NCBI RefSeq assembly: GCF_964204645.1
Contig: NC_134026.1
Coordinates: 23,098,150 to 23,162,149, forward strand
Source of the DNA: Tubulanus polymorphus
Lineage: Eukaryota > Animalia > Nemertea
Length of the DNA stretch: 64,000 bases
Direction of reading: 5' to 3'
Shown: one piece after another, positions 37,201-52,200 of the stretch
Layout of the letters: every line of letters begins with the position of its first letter
How positions within the stretch are numbered: position 1 is the first letter of the stretch
The notes under the pieces: generated by a model
Told to the model about the DNA's origin: nothing
Seen by the model: the letters and a program-made list of their open reading frames with translations, nothing else
The model's database searches: none
Translations under genes and position numbers: made by a program

Positions 37201-40200
37201 TGTCATTGGTAGTGCTTTTGAGATACTCATATAAACTTGATAAATGTATCATGTTTTATGTTACCTGCAAATGAAGCTGGTGTAATTTGTTGTATGATTA
37301 GAATGATTCTTTCACCTACAGGGCCTTTCTAACAATGGGAAATTTCCAATTGATGACAAGTTACACTTAGACAATATATTGCGATTATGGCAGAGGTTTA
37401 CATTAGCACAGCAAGAGAAAGAAATGGCTCTACAGGCAGAAATAGCAAAGTAGGCAAAATTTGGTTTTTTTTTCAATATGGTTGAATTCAATAGCCCATC
37501 ATTCTAAATGAGTTTTGATGATTTATAGGCTAGAAAGACTACAACGTTTAGCAGAGAAATTATTACGTGATGCAAATGGCTCGGAAGATCGTCTGAATGA
37601 GATCGAGCGTAAATTACGAGATTTAGAGTCGAACGTTGAACACCTCCATCCTGTAGATGCCAAAAGAGCCTGTGATCCTATTGACTATGCCCTCCGATCT
37701 GAGGAAATGACCTTACGAAACCTCTTCAGCGATGCTCAAATTCTTCGAGAAGGACGTTTCCATAATGGTGAACAGATGTATCAAAGGTACATTTAAATCC
37801 ACCACAAACAATCTGCCATTACAATTACTTCCCCTTTCATTCTTAGTGACTTATATTAGTGAATTATGGTATTATATATTTATATATAAGGTACAAACAT
37901 ATAAAAAAGTCTTATCCCAAATTGCTTCTTTCTGTTTATAAGAGTTAATCAGCTACATCAAACATGGATGACGCTGAAGGCACGTTTGCACAATGACCTG
38001 TACAATCGGCTTACTACCCGCTCATTCGTCCAAGAGGGTACCACTGTCACAAGGAGGCGTGAGGTCGTCACGGAGGTTCGCCTCGTTGAAACTAATCCTG
38101 CATTTAAGAACATTCAAGAATGCATTGATTGGGTTCAAGGAAAACAGGTAATTAAAGATGAAAATCGTAGGAAACTAAATTCATTACAATTACCTACAAA
38201 TTTTTTTCTTCACTCTGTTCGTCTGAAATCATTTCAGGTTTCCCTAGACAACTTTGAATTTGGTAACGATCTCCAATCAGTCCAGACAAACATCGAAGCT
38301 CATACGCGACTTCACAGAGAAATTGTTGACTTCCAGCGAAAAATTGACAGATGTATGGCTGACAAGGTAAGAAATTATCATACCAGTTATCTGCATGTAA
38401 AAGAGAAACAGCATTGAATTAATGCAGTATGTTTTTGTGTTGCAGAGAACACTATCGCAAGAGGAACAAAAGATATATATGCAAATGCTGAATAAATTAG
38501 AAACGTCTTATGCCCACCTGATGGTAAGGAAATACTTGATTATACTTTTCAAATAATCATAGGGATGTTGTGTTCATGTTCTGCTTCTTATCATGCAGGC
38601 TACCTCATCTCGAGTCCTTAAATCACTGGAATCATTGTTGGAGTTTATTCAAGCGGCAACGAAAGAATTGATGTGGCTCAATGATAAAGAAGAATCAGAG
38701 ATTTCGAGAGATTGGACGTCGAAAAATCTTCAAATCAGTGAAATAGAGAAATACTATGAGGTATATTGATTTGCTGATAGGCTAATGAAGAAAATTGTTA
38801 TGCATCTAGTTAATAGTATTAGAATTTCTTCAATTCACTTGGAAATTTACTCCCTTACTTTGCTATTGGTGGAACAAGTTAGATACCTGCCTTGTGGAAT
38901 ATGGAACTAGTATGGAATTAGTATTCTTTAACCTAAGCCGAAGTTGTGATTAGGTCTGGCACATGGGTATCATTGTCACTTGAGTAATCCATGATATACA
39001 TATCTCAAAGAAATTAGTTTAAACAATTTATTCTAAAGTTTTCAACACAGTTAACTATAATATCCTAGATTATACAGAATGCCTTATTAAATGATTTTGA
39101 GTTAAATGTGCCACTTAATATGTTTGTTTTAATTGCTTCTTTAGTTTAACAAGCAACTAACACAAGAATATCAGGTTTTAATCTTAATCTTATATCTATT
39201 ATTTGTATCAATTATATATAACTATTGAAACAATCATGTGGATTATATATACCACAGGGAGTGCTGTGATTTCTCTTTTGCTTTAATTTGCTTTCTGACC
39301 TGACATTTCACATTTCTAGATCATTCATCAAAAACAGTTCTAATTTTTCAAATTGATGATTTGCTATATTACTGAGTTGGCAATCTGGTTTGGTGATAGC
39401 TGTTTTTAGAGTTTTTTGATGACTTTTGACTTATTTTTGAACTGTAAGAGGTTTCTTATCATGTTAAGGAAATGAGATTTTTTGGTAATTTGTATTTTCT
39501 ATTTCAACCATTTTAGCACGGATTCCCATGGACAAAGGTGTGGACAAGTATAAATGATATATTATGTTGTTACAATATGGAGCATGTTAAAATGTTTGAA
39601 TTTATTATCAGTTTTGCATGTAGTTTTCAAACCATTGCATGTCGTCTAGAAATTGATATACACAAATACTGAAGCCACCAGACCAAAAAATGTGATTCAC
39701 GGGGTAGTTTATTTAAACCTCTAATCCTTAATTCTTGAAGCCAGTTCTATGCATTGCTTTTGGCACTTAAATTATGTGGTTGTATCAGTTCTCATTTCTC
39801 TTTCACTGTATGTAGTCCAGAACTTGAACTTCAATGTGGTATTTGGCATTTAGTTTCCAAATCGAATTAGCATGTTGATAGACACCAATCATGAAATTGA
39901 ATGAAATCTCATTTACCGGTACTTGTATTTATGACACCCATTTGTATATAATTTTTTCTTATTGGAATTATGGATTCTTAAAGTTACTGATTTCATCTTT
40001 ATTACATTTATTTCTTACAGCTGCTACCTGTTTTAACTATTCATTTGGCCAATTGCTATACTAATTAATAAGCTATGAATCTAATGTATATTTAGCATAA
40101 TAATCATCTTATATGCACATAGTTTGACTTCATTGATTCTGTACTTCGTGGATTGATAAAATGTAAAGGGCAGATCCAGGGGTTTCTTAGTCAAAAATTC

Positions 40201-43200
40201 TGAAGAAAATTCATTTTCCAGTCAAAACAGCACTGCCAGAATGTTGTATACTTTAGTAAAACCTTTAGATCTTGCCTCTGGATCCACCTCTGTAGATGTA
40301 GCTCTGAACTAGCTTTAGTCTGATTTTGTAATATTTGTGTGCCCTCATACATAACCTTTCACAAATGATCACGATTGTTAATTTGAATTGCAACAGATGA
40401 TTATCAAAGTTTCAGAATATACCAATGATTCATGTTGTATACTGAGTGTATGACTACTCTTCCATTTGGTGTACAGTTTTGTGTATCATTGCAGTCCTTG
40501 ATGAGTGATCTTGAAAATCGGGAGGTACAGTTTAATGCTGTTCAAGACCAAGGGGAATCGATGGTTATGGATCGCCATCCAGCTGCTAAGACCATTGAGG
40601 TATGTTACATCCTACTTATATGAATATGGAATGAAATCATAAAATGTATGGATGTATGCTTTGTATTATTGTGTTCTGAATTTTAGGCATATATGGCTGC
40701 AATGCAGACTCAGTGGTCATGGCTGCTTCAACTAACCATGTGTCTAGAAACCCACCTAAAGCATGCTACAGCATACCATCATTTCTTTGGTGAAGCAACT
40801 GACTGTGAGAAGTGGATGAGAAAACAATCCGATTGGTTGAATTCACAATTCTCCCGGGCAGAAATCAGTCTTGATGAAGGTGAACGATTGATTAGAGAGA
40901 TGCAGGTTTGTATTGCCGAATGATATGAATCATTGCCCCTAGATCTGGGAACACATGTTACACTGATATCATTTGATTTCAGGAACTACGGGAAGCTTTA
41001 AACAACTATCAAAGTACCGTCGAAAATTTGGTTAGCCGCAGTCATGAAATTGTTCCCATGAAATTACGAAGGCAGAGAATGCTTGCTCCCATCAAAACTA
41101 CATCTCTTTGCTCATATAAACAGCTTAATGTAAGTCGTCATGATGTTGTTAATTAGTTTTTTTATTGCATATTGTCAGAACTTGAGTCATAAGTTAAATC
41201 ATTCTTATTGATAGATGAGTATCTCTAAGAACGAACATTGCATCTTGCTGGATAACAGTCAGAACATAAAATGGCAAATTCGCAATTCATCTGGTCAAGA
41301 AGGATTAGTGCCAGCTGTCTGTTTACTTATTCCACCTCCAAACCAAGAAGCCATTGCCCTTGCTGATCGGTAAGCTAAGAGATGAAAACATTCTATAGAG
41401 CGAATCCTGTAAGATTGCATATATCATTTTATGAATATATCATATATCAAAATATGATTTTATTTTCTTGCTAGACTGCGGGCTCAGTTTGAACAGCTTG
41501 TATCTCTATGGAGAAGTCGACAACGTCAACTGAAACAGATGATGATATTCGCCACAATCAAAGTAGTCAAGAACTGGGATCTCACTCAGTTTATGGCCCT
41601 CGATCCAGCTCAACGTGAAGCTATTATAAGAGCTCTCAATCAAGATGCGGAGAAACTAATGTCAGAGTATGCGGCGAATAATCAGACTTATGAACATGAT
41701 CGATTGTCTCGTGAGATGGATGAGTGTAACAGAATATTCCGTGAATTGTCCGAGAGAGCTCAACTAGAAGGTTAGTATTTTTGCTGCCACCTGAGTGCCA
41801 GGCCTGAAGCTCTTGCGGCCACAGCCCATTGGAATCCTTACAATCCCAACTAGCCGGTTTTTTTTGGCTTTTGTCCTCCCATTTTACAGGCAAGGGGACG
41901 TATTTTATTGCAAGGTTAAGGAACCTGTTCTGAGCCTCTCGTGAAGTGACCTGAGCAAATTAAATAGGCCTGGTACCAAACCCTCTCCTGAGGATCGAAG
42001 CCAGGTGCCCTGATGAAATGTGGAAATGATGATGTATATATGGAAATGATGATATATAGTTAGATACAACATATAAATAATGTTATATTATTACCTAGCT
42101 TTTCTAGAATTTGTAACATAACTCCCACTTCTAAGTGCAATATTAACTGTTAATGTTTCAGAGCAAATGGCACGTGGTCCACCAAAACAAATGTTGGCAC
42201 AGCTCGAACAGTTCAAACAAGCTATGAAACAGTTGGAGCAGGGTCTTACTGAACGACAAAAAGAAGCCATTCCCCGTGACCTTGATGAACTCAACCAAAA
42301 GGTTCAAGCACACAAAGTAAGCAAAAAAGCTATGGCTTTGCTAGATAGCGAATGGTGTTATCAAGGAGACTAAAGTTCTTTTTTGCATTATATCAGGAAT
42401 TTGAGAAGTTAATTCAATCCCATGAACCTCTTCTGGAATCAATTCAGCAACATTTTAATACGCAGAAAGTACGACACCCAGATACGGAGACATTACATCA
42501 ACAAGCAATCGACCGTTGGGATCGTTTGTGGTCTATGTCGCATCTCTATGTTGAGAGGTTGGATTTTACTAAAATACTGTTTGTCTGTAAAGGGTCATCA
42601 TATAGATTTTGATAAATTTGACCCAACCTTTTTTAGATTAAAGGCAATGGAGATTTTACTGAATGGTATTGACGAAGCTACTGATTTAGTTACTGATTAT
42701 GAAAACACTCTACTGGCTCAGGAATGTATGACCTCAGATCCAGAATCATTGCGTCAGAGTATATCAGAGTACCAGGTACCATCAATTATCCACTTTATAA
42801 AGAAAAAATTGAATTGATTTGAATTATATTTATATTATACTTTAAATGCAGTTTACAAATCTAACAATTTATACCATACATACAATATAGAATTTATACA
42901 ATGTTATACAGTAAATGATGTAATGATGTGACAGATAGCACAATGAAGGACATGGTACCGGCCTGAAGGCTGTGCCCAGCAAGTGGGAGGTACTGTGTCC
43001 TAACAAAAAGGATAAATGGATGAGATCGCTGAGGTGAAATGAGGGTGGAATGATTATACAAATCCTGGAAATAAATTAAAAATTTTGTTGCAGGAATTGC
43101 AGTCATCGCTAGCTCCCCACCAGTCCCTCTTTGATCAACTCAAAGAAGACCTGGTAGCGGTGCACAAGTTCCTTGAACATGGTAGACCTGGTGAGGTGAA

Positions 43201-46200
43201 TCATCCAGATCTTGATAGGGTCAACAAAGATGTCCAACAACTTCACAAACGTTGGCAGAAAATTCATAATCAAATCGCTGATAGGTATTAATTTCAACAA
43301 GAGATTTTTAGATTGTTCAAACTACTTCTTTAACTAACGCAACTCCTCACTTTCTTTTTCCTTAGGATACGGACCTCTGAAAGTATTTCTCAATTGCTCT
43401 CTGACTACCATACAACAATGCGTGTTGAGAAGCATTGGTCATCACAGATGGAAAACAAAGTATACATGCAGCCACGTGTCAAAGATGACTTGTCTCCCAG
43501 TGAGCTACAACGTCTACTTGAATCAACTATGGTATGTACTTTAACTTTATGCACCGTAGTTTACAAACCTTTGGTGGAAAATATTTCATATGCATGTTAA
43601 TGAAATATCTTCTATTTCATGCAGAATTGTAATATGCAGCATTCACTGGATTACTATGTATTATGTTGAATCAACTTGAAATTGTTGCAAATTACAAATC
43701 TCATATGTTAAGGAAACTATGGCATGTGCATGATTGGGAAAGTTTTTAATTGATTGGGTTAAGGTTCTAAATTTAAATTTGGTATTTTAACATGAATATG
43801 ACTTAAACATGACAGTCTTAGGTTGACTATTGATAATTTGATAATTTCAACATCAAATCTGAATTACTAGCATTAACATCGTCCTTTTTCTGCTTCATAA
43901 TACTTTGGCTTTTAGAAACAAGTGAATATGCCAGAATATTCCTGTAGTGTTTTAGATTAGAGTCTCTTTTTCAGCATTACAATTAGGTACTCATCATGTT
44001 CAAGTCACTGGTTTATGGAAACCTCATTTTGTGCAGATTTTCCTTTTACTCTTTTCAATTCTTTGGCATATTACATATTTTGGAAAGTCTGCTGTAAATG
44101 AGGAGTTTGTTTTGATGTTGTATCTTATCTGTATATCTCACTGTGTGATTTGGTGTGAGTGTAACACAATTTCTTTTCTTTCTCTTTGTCATTTCCATTT
44201 AACAATACACTATAGAAACTCTACACCACACTCTACGAACAAAAGCCACAGATAGAGAAGGTCAACCACAGTGGATCAAAGTTTGTTGCTGAAGCACATG
44301 TATTTGATAATCACCTGAAGAAGTACAAAAAAGTGTTGGAAGAAGTCCACCCAGTAGATATCCAGAAATCAAAGCGTGCTCGTACTCAGTCTGGGGTTGA
44401 ACGAGTTGAGAATGAACTAGACATGCTAAACCGAACATACACCGACATGATCACTGCTACAAATGATAGGATTCGTCGTATCAAAGATCTATTAGAAAGA
44501 GCTGGCCGAACAGTTCAGGTTAGCATTGATACGTATTTGATCTATCATTGAATAAATTTAATTGAATTCCAATGCCATAATGATTTTGATAATTTTTTTT
44601 CCAGCTACCAAAACTACTCGAAGATGACATTCCACAAATAACATCTTACAGAGATCTGCTTAGTAAACGGCACCTTCCATCATCAGAAAGTGAAGAAGGC
44701 ATGGATTTTTCTGACCATGATAGTCTAATCAGTCCATTATCACCGAGACGCGATCCACTGATTGATTCAACAATTGGCGAAGTGTCTGAACCATTACAGC
44801 ATTCTCCAACAAAGACAGAAGCCCCAGCTTATGATAGTTTACGACGTAAACAACCTGGTCGTTCGGAGCATTATTCACTCTCGATGAATACAGAAGGAAA
44901 TATATCAGGAATGCAGACAATTGAAAGTAGATCCGCTTTCAGCTCAGTATCTTCAACAGTTACAAGACCAATTGCACCACCTGACTATTCCAGTGTTGCT
45001 AGCATTTCTCAAACATCTGACTTCTTGCGGCGGGCTGATGCAAGACCTCCGATCTCCACAACAGACAACCGTTTATCGGCAAGGTCTGCTGTACAAACGG
45101 TTGTTACATCAAAACATGAAAAGCTCAAGTATTCCACTAGCCCTATTGATCATGCTGGAATTACTGATTTTCAAAAAGGTAAAGCGATGAATCTGAAACA
45201 AGCGCTCCAAAATGGCTTTTTGGATCTACAAAATGAACGCTTTATGGATCCAAATACTGGAAAATACATTCCTTTGTCTGAAGCTGTTCAGAAAGGATAC
45301 ATTGATGATCAACTTGTAAAAGAGCTTAATCGTGATATTGGACTAAAAGATCCGAATACTGGACAGACTTTATCATTGCTAGAAGCAATACAGAAGGGAT
45401 TGTATAATCCAGTGAGTGAATGTGTGACTGACCCAAGAACTGGCAAAACATTATCAGTGCAGGATGCTGCTAGACGAGGCTTAATTTCTCAGGATGCCGC
45501 ATCACGCCTTTCACCACCTGTAACCACAACATCTTCAACGACAGAATCACGTGCCTATTATGGTCTTCCTGATATTCAGTCAGCTGTTCCTAGTGGATTT
45601 GGTATCAGTGAGGTTATTGAAAAGGGTTTGTATGATGAGGCAACTGGAAAATTTATCGATCCTATCACCCATGAAAAACTTACGCTTGGTGAGGCTATCG
45701 ATCGTGGCTTGATAGATCCAAATAGTCGTGAAATTTATAATCCTCTTACTAATCAACGGATAACAATAGCTGATGGTATTGCTCAAGGTATAATTGACTC
45801 CGACACTGGCCAGTTCATTGATAGGCGTCAAAACCGCAGAATGAGCTTGTTCGATGCTTTAAAAGAAAAGAACATAGATAAACCAGCTAGTTTACATGAC
45901 GCATTAACAGAGGGATTGATTGATGAAAAAGGCAAAATTACAGAAGCCCGAAGTGCCCAAAAATACTCTTTACAGGAGGCTATAAGTAATGGTCTCCTTG
46001 ATATTGATACTAAATGCATCATTGATTCAAGATCGGGAGAAGTTCTTTCTCTTGCTGAAGCTGTTGACCGTGGACTTATTGATGGTTCTGGACAATTTGT
46101 GGATTCTAGATCTGGCCGAAGGGTATCATTACAACAAGCAGTCAGTGAAGGTAAAATGAAAGTTGTGAAGCGAGATATTTGCTTTGCCCAGACTGGTATT

Positions 46201-49200
46201 CATGACCCTTCAACTGGTGATCGTCTAAGTCTTCCTGAAGCCATCCAGCGTGGAGTCATTGATCCTAACACTGGTATTTATTGTGATCGGAAGACTGGTG
46301 AAAAAATAAAGATGGATGAAGCAATGAAACGGGGCTACATTGATGCAAATTTAGGTGGAAAACTGCTGAGCGATTCTGGTTTACATGACACTCGTGGACA
46401 ACCGGTATCAGTCATTGGTGCTATAACAAAAGGTTACCTTGATCCTGAAACCGGAAGAATCTCGGACCCAGAAACTGGCCGTGCAATGACATTGCAAGAT
46501 GCAGCTTCACTGAACTATATTAGTAGTGAAAAAGCTCAAATGATGATGGAAGTAACCAGTCCCATGATGGCAACTACAACAATAACTAGTAAAGTAGAAC
46601 CAGCTGAAAGGGCATTAGAAATAGGTACCGTAGATATTCATGGATCGCAAACATCAAAAGCACATGCACCAAACACTCTCACATTCCCGGAAGCTCAGAA
46701 ACTTGGACTAATCGATTCACGTTCAGGCACATTCCTAGATACCAAAAGTGGTACATTATTACCTGTTGAAAAGGCCATCAGCCAAGGCCTAGTCACACCA
46801 GAATGGGTAGGAAAACCTAGAATGGAAGACCATCCTGAAGAAATGCAACCTCCACCATCATTCCGTCATGTGAAACCAGGTGAAAGAGTTACAGTAGAAC
46901 GGAAACTTTCTGAAAGTCAACAAATAACACTTGCCCATGCCATAGACCAAGGTCTTTTAAGTCAAACAACTGGTTTTTATCGAGATCCAAATACTGGTGT
47001 TAGAATGCCCCTTGAACAAGCTATTTCTCGTGGATTAATCAATCCAGAATCTGCTTCATTCACTGATCCACAAACTGGCGATACAGTTGACCTCCAGGAA
47101 GCAATTGAGAGAGGACTGCTAGGAGCAACTGGACAAGTTCCATCTCCCGATAGAGCTACGCGGACTTCACTCAAGGAAGCTCTGGAGACAGGAGTTCTTA
47201 AGACATATGCACCCGGAGAAGGTCCATCACTACGCAAACCACCACCAGTACCACTAAAGCCAACTCGCACGGTTATATTTGAACAAAAACATCTTGATGT
47301 TCAAGCATATAGAGATCCAGCAACAGGTAAAGAGTTAACTGTTGAGGAAGCTGAATCTAAGGGTCTTATTGATACAAAATCAGGCACTTGTGTGGATCCA
47401 CACACTGGTGAAACAATTCCAATAAGTGAAGGAGTAAGAAGAGGTTTAATTAAGGCACAAGAGGTCTCTTCTGTATCAAAAGTAGCCACAGTTAATGAAT
47501 CGAAAGCCTTTACCATCACTGGTGCTATTGATCCCCAAACTGGTGAAGAGTTGAATGTTAGTGAAGCTGTGAAGGCAGGAATAATTGACCAAAAATCAGG
47601 CTCATATGTCACCCATGATAGTCTTGGTAAAAAGGTACATATACCTTTAGAGGAAGCAATAAGGCAGGAATTAGTCATCACAAAAGTTGCCCCAGAACCG
47701 CCTACAGAAGGCGAAACAAAGACACTGAAAATTGAATCTGTGATAGATCCAAAAAGTGGTCAAGAACTATCCATCAATGAGGCAATAAACCGTGGTATTA
47801 TTGATCACAAAACTGGATCCTACATTGATCAGAATACGGGAAAGAAAATTCCGATATCAGAGGCCGTGAGTAAAGGGTTAGTAAAAGGTGAAGTAACAAC
47901 TCCTAAACCACTTCCAAAAGGGGTTTTATCACAGAGTGAAATAAAGGTTATTGCTAAATCTGTTATAGATCCTAAAACAGGAAATGAAGTTCCAATTTCT
48001 GAGGCAGTTGCCAAAGGTTGGATCGATGCAACTACAGGGGTTTACACTAACCCTATCTCAGGGGAACAGATGGCTTTGAAAGAAGCAATTGACAAAGGCC
48101 TTGTTAAATCATCTGAAAGCAGTGATGGACTGACAAAAACATTAAGTATCAAGACTGTAGTTGACCCAAAAACTGGGTATGATGTTAACATAACTGATGC
48201 GATCAAGAAAGGAATCATTGATCCAAAATCTGGCACATATAATGATACAGTTAGTGGGGAAAGTATACCTATATCTGACGCTGTAAGTAAAGGGATTGTG
48301 AAAGCAGAATTTGCGGCTCCTAAACCTCTACCTCCCGGCGTTTCATCGGAAAGTGATTTGACTGCTTCAAAAGAAGTGAAATTAGCTGTCAAGTCAGTCA
48401 TTGATCCACGGTCTGGAAATGAAATTCCTGTTGATGATGCAATTGCTGAAGGTCTCGTTGACCTGACATCTGGACTTTTTATCAATCCGTCGAGTGGAGA
48501 GCGTTTACGACTTACAGAAGCTATCGATCGAGGATTTGTGAAAACACATCCCGTCGCGGACACAATGGAAAGTGCAGGCCGCAAGGCAATCACCAGCATC
48601 CACATTGAAGATGATGAAATTCCATTTAGTGAAATCAAGGAAGAAGATATGTCTGAAGAAACTCGTAAATTTGACATAACAGGTGTCATTGATCCGACTA
48701 CAATGAAAATAGTTTCTCTTGATGAGGCAGTTCAGTTGGGAATTGTTGATCAAGAAAGAGGAATATACCGAAATCCTACTACTGGCCAAACCTTACCAAT
48801 ATCTGAAGCATTACAGAATGGTCTTATTCATGGGGAATTGACGAGCCAAAAAATGGAACAGGCGAAGGTACGTAGCGTATTCGAAGCTAGTCCAAGCATA
48901 AGATCGTCAACAAAGGAAACAGATTTCCATCAAGAATATCAAACATCTAATGACCCATCAGTTGAAATCATAAAATCACCACCACCCTCAGAGCGCCACC
49001 GTACTGGTAGTATTCACTTTGACTCAGACAGACCATTGATCAAAACTGAAGAAGCTTTCAAAGAAGAAAGTAGTGAGTTGAAGATTTCTGAGGTAACAGA
49101 TCCTCGAACAGGGATAAAAATTGATTTTGAAACAGCTGTAGATGAAGGCATCATTGATCAAGAGCGAGGCCTCTTTTTGAATCCAGTGACTGGTGAAGAA

Positions 49201-52200
49201 GTTCCCATTTCAGTTGCAATGAACAAAGGCTTTATCGACGCCCAAGTGACATTGACTGGAGTTGAAGAAAGTGTAGTTGTAAGCAATGGTTCAGATGCAA
49301 GACTTGCTCCTGATCATCCTGACTTGACACCTCCAGATCAAGGAACCAATCAGAAGGATTCTGATGCTGCATTGCTTGCTGAACCTCATTTTGACAAGCG
49401 ACCTGCAGTTGATCAGGAACACCCAAATGTCATTTCTTTTGAACAAGCAATGCAACTGGGATTAGTTGATACTGACGCCGGATTGTTCCGTGATCCCTCG
49501 ACTGGGAAATCAATCCCATTAGCACAAGCCATTTCTCAAGGTTTACTTGATGTTAAAGCCCCTGCCTTGACTGATCTGAATACTGGGGACACATTTTCAC
49601 TTCAAGATGCCATTCATAAGAAGCTCATTGATCCAAAATCAGGGAAGTTGAATCAGTTTAGGGCTCAATCAATGAATTTAAACATTGCTGATGAGTTCAA
49701 GCCAGGATCAGCTGAGCAGAAAGCCATGAATGTTGAGGATGCTGTCAAATGTAACTTATTAGATCCCATTTCTGGTAAATTCACTGATCCTCAATCTGGT
49801 AGAATTATGGATCTTAAAGATGCAGTAGACCAAGGTTTCATTGACGGTAAATCAGTTGTCATTGAGGATCCAACAAGTGGAAATAAGATGTTCTTGGATG
49901 AGGCCATTGATCAAGGAGTAATTGATGGGACAACTGGACTGTTCCTAGATGAGAAGGGACAACCAATGTTTACACTTGCAGATGCCATGGCATCAGATAT
50001 GGTTGAAAGCACGTTTGACCCTAGCACTGGATTTATTGTTGACAGAAAGTCTGGGAACAAAATTTCATTGGAAGAAGCTATTACGGACAAAGATAAGGTT
50101 GGTGATCAAGTTAAAGTCTATGACACTAAAACAGGACGTCAAATACCCTTAAATGAAGCTGAAAAGAAAGGAATCATAGATAGCGGGCAGTATGTTGACA
50201 AGACAACTGGAAAAACAATGTCAATCGGTAAAGCTGCTGGGCTTGGGTTACTGGCTGTAGTTGGAGCACCGGTACTTTTACCTGCCATGGCAGGAAAGCT
50301 CATATATGATAAAGTCAAAGAAGTAAAAGAGAAGAAAAAAGAGCCTGCTGTAAATGAAAAGCCTCGTGTAGCAAATGGTGATGAAAAATTTGTACTTGAT
50401 CCATTTGAAGTTAAACAATCGCTGCATTCAGAACCAGTTGAGCAGAAAAACGAAACTGATTTCCTACAGAGTAATATTGAGGAAACTGTCTATACAAACC
50501 AGTCCTGGCAAACAACCAAAACAATGGAGATAGATGTAATTCCAGCATCTGCTGCAATATCAGCAACTAGGCCAGGATTTGACAAGGCCAGACAAAGCAG
50601 TGTTGAAAGTGAAGCAGCTCCTAAAGTTGCAAAAATTGATGTTCTCGACAGTCATAAACAAGATATACAGAAAATGGAACTTGAGGGTCATCAAACACCC
50701 ATCTCCCTCCAAGAAGCTATGGATAGCGGTTTGGTAGATTCAGGTTCTGGAACATTTACCGATCCTGTGACTGGAGAAGTGATGTCATTAAAGAGTGCAC
50801 TTCAAGAAGGGCGAGTTACCGGCTTTGGGGGTAAACCTTTATCTCCAGGAAAATCTCCTAAAGATGTGAAAGATGCTTTACAGAGCTTGATTTATAAAGA
50901 TAGTAAAAAACCACTGTCTTTCACACAAGCAGTTGACCACGGATTAATAGATCTAGATGACAATTCATACACTGACCCATTGAGTGGACAAAAGATGACT
51001 GTTGCTGAGGCCATAAGAAAAAATCTAATTGATTCACAGTCAGATCTGAAAGCATTACCAGAAGAAGTCACTGGCCCAATGACATTATACGATGTACTGA
51101 GTCAAAACCTACTTGATCCTGATACAGGTATCATGATTGACCCTTACACAGGACAAAGACTTTCTATACAGGAGGCAATAGATTCTGGTGTACTAGATAA
51201 TTCATCAACTTTGTATGATACAGATTCGGGTCGTCTGATGACGTTACAAGAAGCAATTGATGCAGGTAAAATTGATGGGAAAATAGGTGAATTCATTGAT
51301 ACCAATACTGGTAACAGAATGTCGTTGCAAGATGCTATGAAGCATGGATTAATGGCTGTATTTGGTGCTCCCGTTATTGGTTCAGAAGGCACTGATGATG
51401 ACATGGAAATGAGATTCCGTAAATTGCATCCTGGGTTTGATCCTACACTCGTGCATCCTGTCAATCCAGAAAGCTCTGTAACCTTTGAAAGTGCAATTGT
51501 TTGCCAATTTCCTGAAGATGATATCCTTGAAATTACTTCAATATTTAAATATACTTCAGAGGAAGACACCATTCCCCCAAGTGGTCTACCGATTTTCAAA
51601 GCTATTAATGATGGCTTACTTGATATGATAAGTGGAAAGTACATTGACCCAAAAAGGAAACATTCATTATCACTAGAGGAGGCTATTAAGACCGGTATCC
51701 TTGATCCAGCTTCAGCAGCTTTTGTTGAACCACAGACTGGAACTAGAATTAACATTCGTGAAGCTATCGAGAAAAAACTGGTTGATCCACGTGGTTATTG
51801 TGTAGACCCCAAAACAAAGAGGAAGATTAACATGCAACAAGCTATAAAACGTGGTCTAATTAAACGTGTGAAAACCCCTGAACTACCACGCAAACGAATA
51901 ACAGTTGTCAAAGAAATCACGAGAATCAAAGTTGTATCTGTGATTGACCCAGTGTCGGGTCGAAACATATCTCTAGTAGAGGCTCTTGATGACAAGGTAA
52001 TTGACCAGTCCTCCGGATCATATGTAAACCCAAAAACTGGTGAACAGACCCCAGTTGACATTGCAGTGGAAAGGGGACTTATAAAAGGTTATGTCGTTGG
52101 TACACGTAAAGATAAAGAAGAATATGTTACTGTAGAAAAATCAAACCTTGTTGTTGAGACTAGCTCAAAAGAACTTGTACAACATGTATCCAGAGGTCAG

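Noticed and set aside
38148-38237. In-frame, stop-free 90-nt intron in the plakin domain
   Set aside because: Clear GTAATT donor and tttcag acceptor; chance lack of stops is common at this length.
43625-43657. Possible 33-nt microexon ([11 protein letters not shown]) in intron 43532-44215
   Set aside because: The donor TAT|GTATTA is poor and there is no supporting homology.
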